In this document: positions 36,690 through 38,699 of the stretch, piece after piece
Position numbering within the stretch: position 1 is the first letter of the stretch
Layout: the number at the start of each line of letters is the position of its first letter
Assembly: GCF_006345805.1 (NCBI RefSeq)
Contig: NW_021835753.1
Location: 1-38,699, forward strand
DNA: 38,699 nt
Direction of reading: 5' to 3'
Source of the DNA: Octopus sinensis
Lineage: Eukaryota
Translations under genes and position numbers: made by a program
The notes under the pieces: model-generated
Told to the model about the DNA's origin: nothing
Database searches by the model: none
The model's input: only the letters and a program-made list of their open reading frames with translations

Positions 36690-37171
36690 TGGGTGGACGG
36701 ACAGATGGACATACATTAAAATTTTCAACAAAAAAAAATTCATATCAAAATTAAATAATTAATTTCAGTAATTAGCAACAAGAGCAGCTGTGAATTAAGA
36801 CCCACTAATGCCATTGCTTTAATTATAGAAATGACTTACTTACATCCATATCAACGATACACACTGATATTTAGATGACAGGACCCTTCATTTTTCCCCA
36901 ATGTTCCTTAATCATGCATCATCTGCCTACAACCCAAACGCCACATGTCAAACCTGCACTGATTGCGTGAATGGAGAGAGGTTGAGAAATCCTCCACAGG
37001 AAGCCTTGCCAACCTTGTCTCTCTTTTAAAAGAAAATAAACTCTCAAGTGATACTCATATCAAGGAAACATCGCCACACAACGTCCCCACTAAATATAAG
37101 CATCACTCAGCTTTCTGCATCTGTGCACTTCATAGCTATAAAGTAACCAAGAGCTTATTACTACATGTTGC

Positions 37172-37610
37172 AGGGCGGTGAGCTGGCAGACTCATTAACA
37201 TGCCAGACAAAATGTCTTCAACATTCTGAGTTTAAATTCCACTGGAGTCAACGTTGTTTTTCATCCTCTCGGGGTTGATGAATTAAGTACCTATTTCTTT
37301 ACTACCACAAGGGGCTACACAGAGAGGACAAACAAGGACAGACAAATGGATTAAGTCGATTACATCAACCCCGTGCATAACTGGTACTTAATTTATCGAC
37401 CCCGAAAGGATGAAAGGCAAAGTTGACCTCGGTGGAATTTGAACTCAGAATGTAACGGCAGATGAAATACTGCTAAGCATTTCGCCTGGCGTGCTAATGT
37501 TTCTGCCAGCTCGCCGCCTTGATAAATTAAGTACCAGTTGAGTACTGGGGTTGATATAATCGACTTATCTCCTCTCCCCAAATTTCAGGCCTTGTGCCAA
37601 TATTAGAAAG
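37172..37610. mobile_element. Nested SINEs: minus-strand family A copy (37292-37520) inside a plus-strand family A variant
   Basis: TSD GATGAATTAAGTACC (37277-37291) and GATAAATTAAGTACC (37521-37535). Confidence 0.85.
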
Positions 37611-37611
37611 G

Positions 37612-37932
37612 ATTATTGTTTTGTTGCTTGTTTGTTCCTTCTCGAGCCATACCTGGCTCATAAGGGCCAGTTTCCCAGTTTCCTTGGCGTATAGGTTCCC
37701 CACCTGGACAGGACACTGGTCCGTTGCAGGTGAACTGCAAGATGCAGGAGGAAAGAGTGAGAGGAAAGTTGAGGTGAAAGAGTCAGCAGAAGTTTGCCAT
37801 TACCTTCTGCCAGAGCCACATGGAGCTTAGGTGTTTCGCTCATAAACACACACATCGCCCGGTCTGAGATTTGAACCCACAATCCCTCAACTGTGAGTGT
37901 GATGCTCTAACCACTAGGCCATGTGCCTCCAC
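37612..37932 (-). mobile_element. SINE with a family E-like head and a different 3' tail
   Basis: TAACCACTAGGCCATGTGCCTCC head and GTGTTTxGCTCATAAACAC shared with family E; tail differs. Confidence 0.65.
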
Positions 37933-38001
37933 AGAAAAGATTATTACATGTTGTATATTCTATTTCAAGTTTTTATCATCCTGAATTAGTGATTCTATAG
38001 T

Positions 38002-38333
38002 GAAGGTGCATGGCTCAGTGGTTAGAGCATCGAGCTTACAATCGTGAGATTGGGAGTTCAAATCCCGGACCAGGCTGCGTGTTGTGTTCTTGAGCAAGAC
38101 ACTTTATTTCACATTGTTCCAGTTCACTCAGCTGTAAATGAGTTGTGACATCACAGGTGCCAAGCTGTATCAGCCTCTTTGCCTTTCCCTTGGATAACAC
38201 TGGTGGCATGGAGAGAGGAGGCTGGTATGCATGGGTGACTGTTGGCCTTCCATAAACAACCTTGCCCAGACTTGTGCCTGGGAGGGTGACTTTCTAGGTG
38301 CAATCCCATGGTCAGTCATGACTTAAGGGGGTC
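38002..38333 (+). mobile_element. SINE family F, near full length
   Basis: Pol III A box GGCTCAGTGG and B box GAGTTCAAATCC; central CTTGAGCAAGACACTT...CAGCTGTAAATG domain like conserved metazoan SINE cores. Confidence 0.75.
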
Positions 38334-38334
38334 T

Positions 38335-38574
38335 TAATGGTCTCAATAGCCCTTGGGGGTCCATATAGGATTTTATTGTTGAAATTTATCTGCAATAATT
38401 TAGTTATACTTATACAATACACAAAATATTAAAAAAAAATTTTTAATACAATTCCTTATGATATTTAATTATAAAAATATATGAATTTTTAAACATCGAA
38501 TGGTTAGGAGGATCCATTTGAGTAAAATAGGTATTAAAGGGGTACATAAGTAAAAAAATGGTTGAGAAGCACTG
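38335..38574. mobile_element. hAT (Charlie-like) MITE relic
   Basis: Right end GGTTGAGAAGCACTG is the reverse complement of CAGTGCTTCTCAACC; left end degenerate (AATGGTCTCAA...GGGGTCCAT). Confidence 0.5.
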
Positions 38575-38699
38575 AGTGAGAGCTTACCCATATATACCCC
38601 TGGTTAAAACCTGCTCCTACTTGTTTGGACATGAACTCACTGGGAGGCATCTGACCGAGCATACGAAATGTTCAGTAGGGAGTCAACACCCGTAGCTAA

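Overview
Eukaryotic, repeat-rich genomic DNA, not prokaryotic. SINE content, microsatellite load and AT-richness suggest an octopus or other coleoid cephalopod (inference from recalled repeat families). The window lies inside one large + strand gene, an AKNA-family homolog. Ten exons (262-30605, about 4.5 kb CDS, about 1500 aa) join with GT-AG sites and consistent phases, but the two largest exons each carry an apparent +1 frameshift. Introns contain several SINE families, Tc1/mariner, hAT and CR1 relics, non-autonomous Helitrons (one with a Pif1 helicase fragment), a 163-bp minisatellite, large palindromes and long microsatellites. The main hidden signal is a set of 8 type I hammerhead ribozyme motifs from about 6 distinct sequence types. 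All have a palindromic or near-palindromic stem III, most lie in short (TA)n-associated elements, and several come with inverted duplications, which fits Penelope-like element (PLE) pseudo-LTR relics. Two motifs (24266-24340 and 33751-33835, both minus strand) have fully canonical catalytic cores. All folding and alignment was done by eye; repeat boundaries are approximate.
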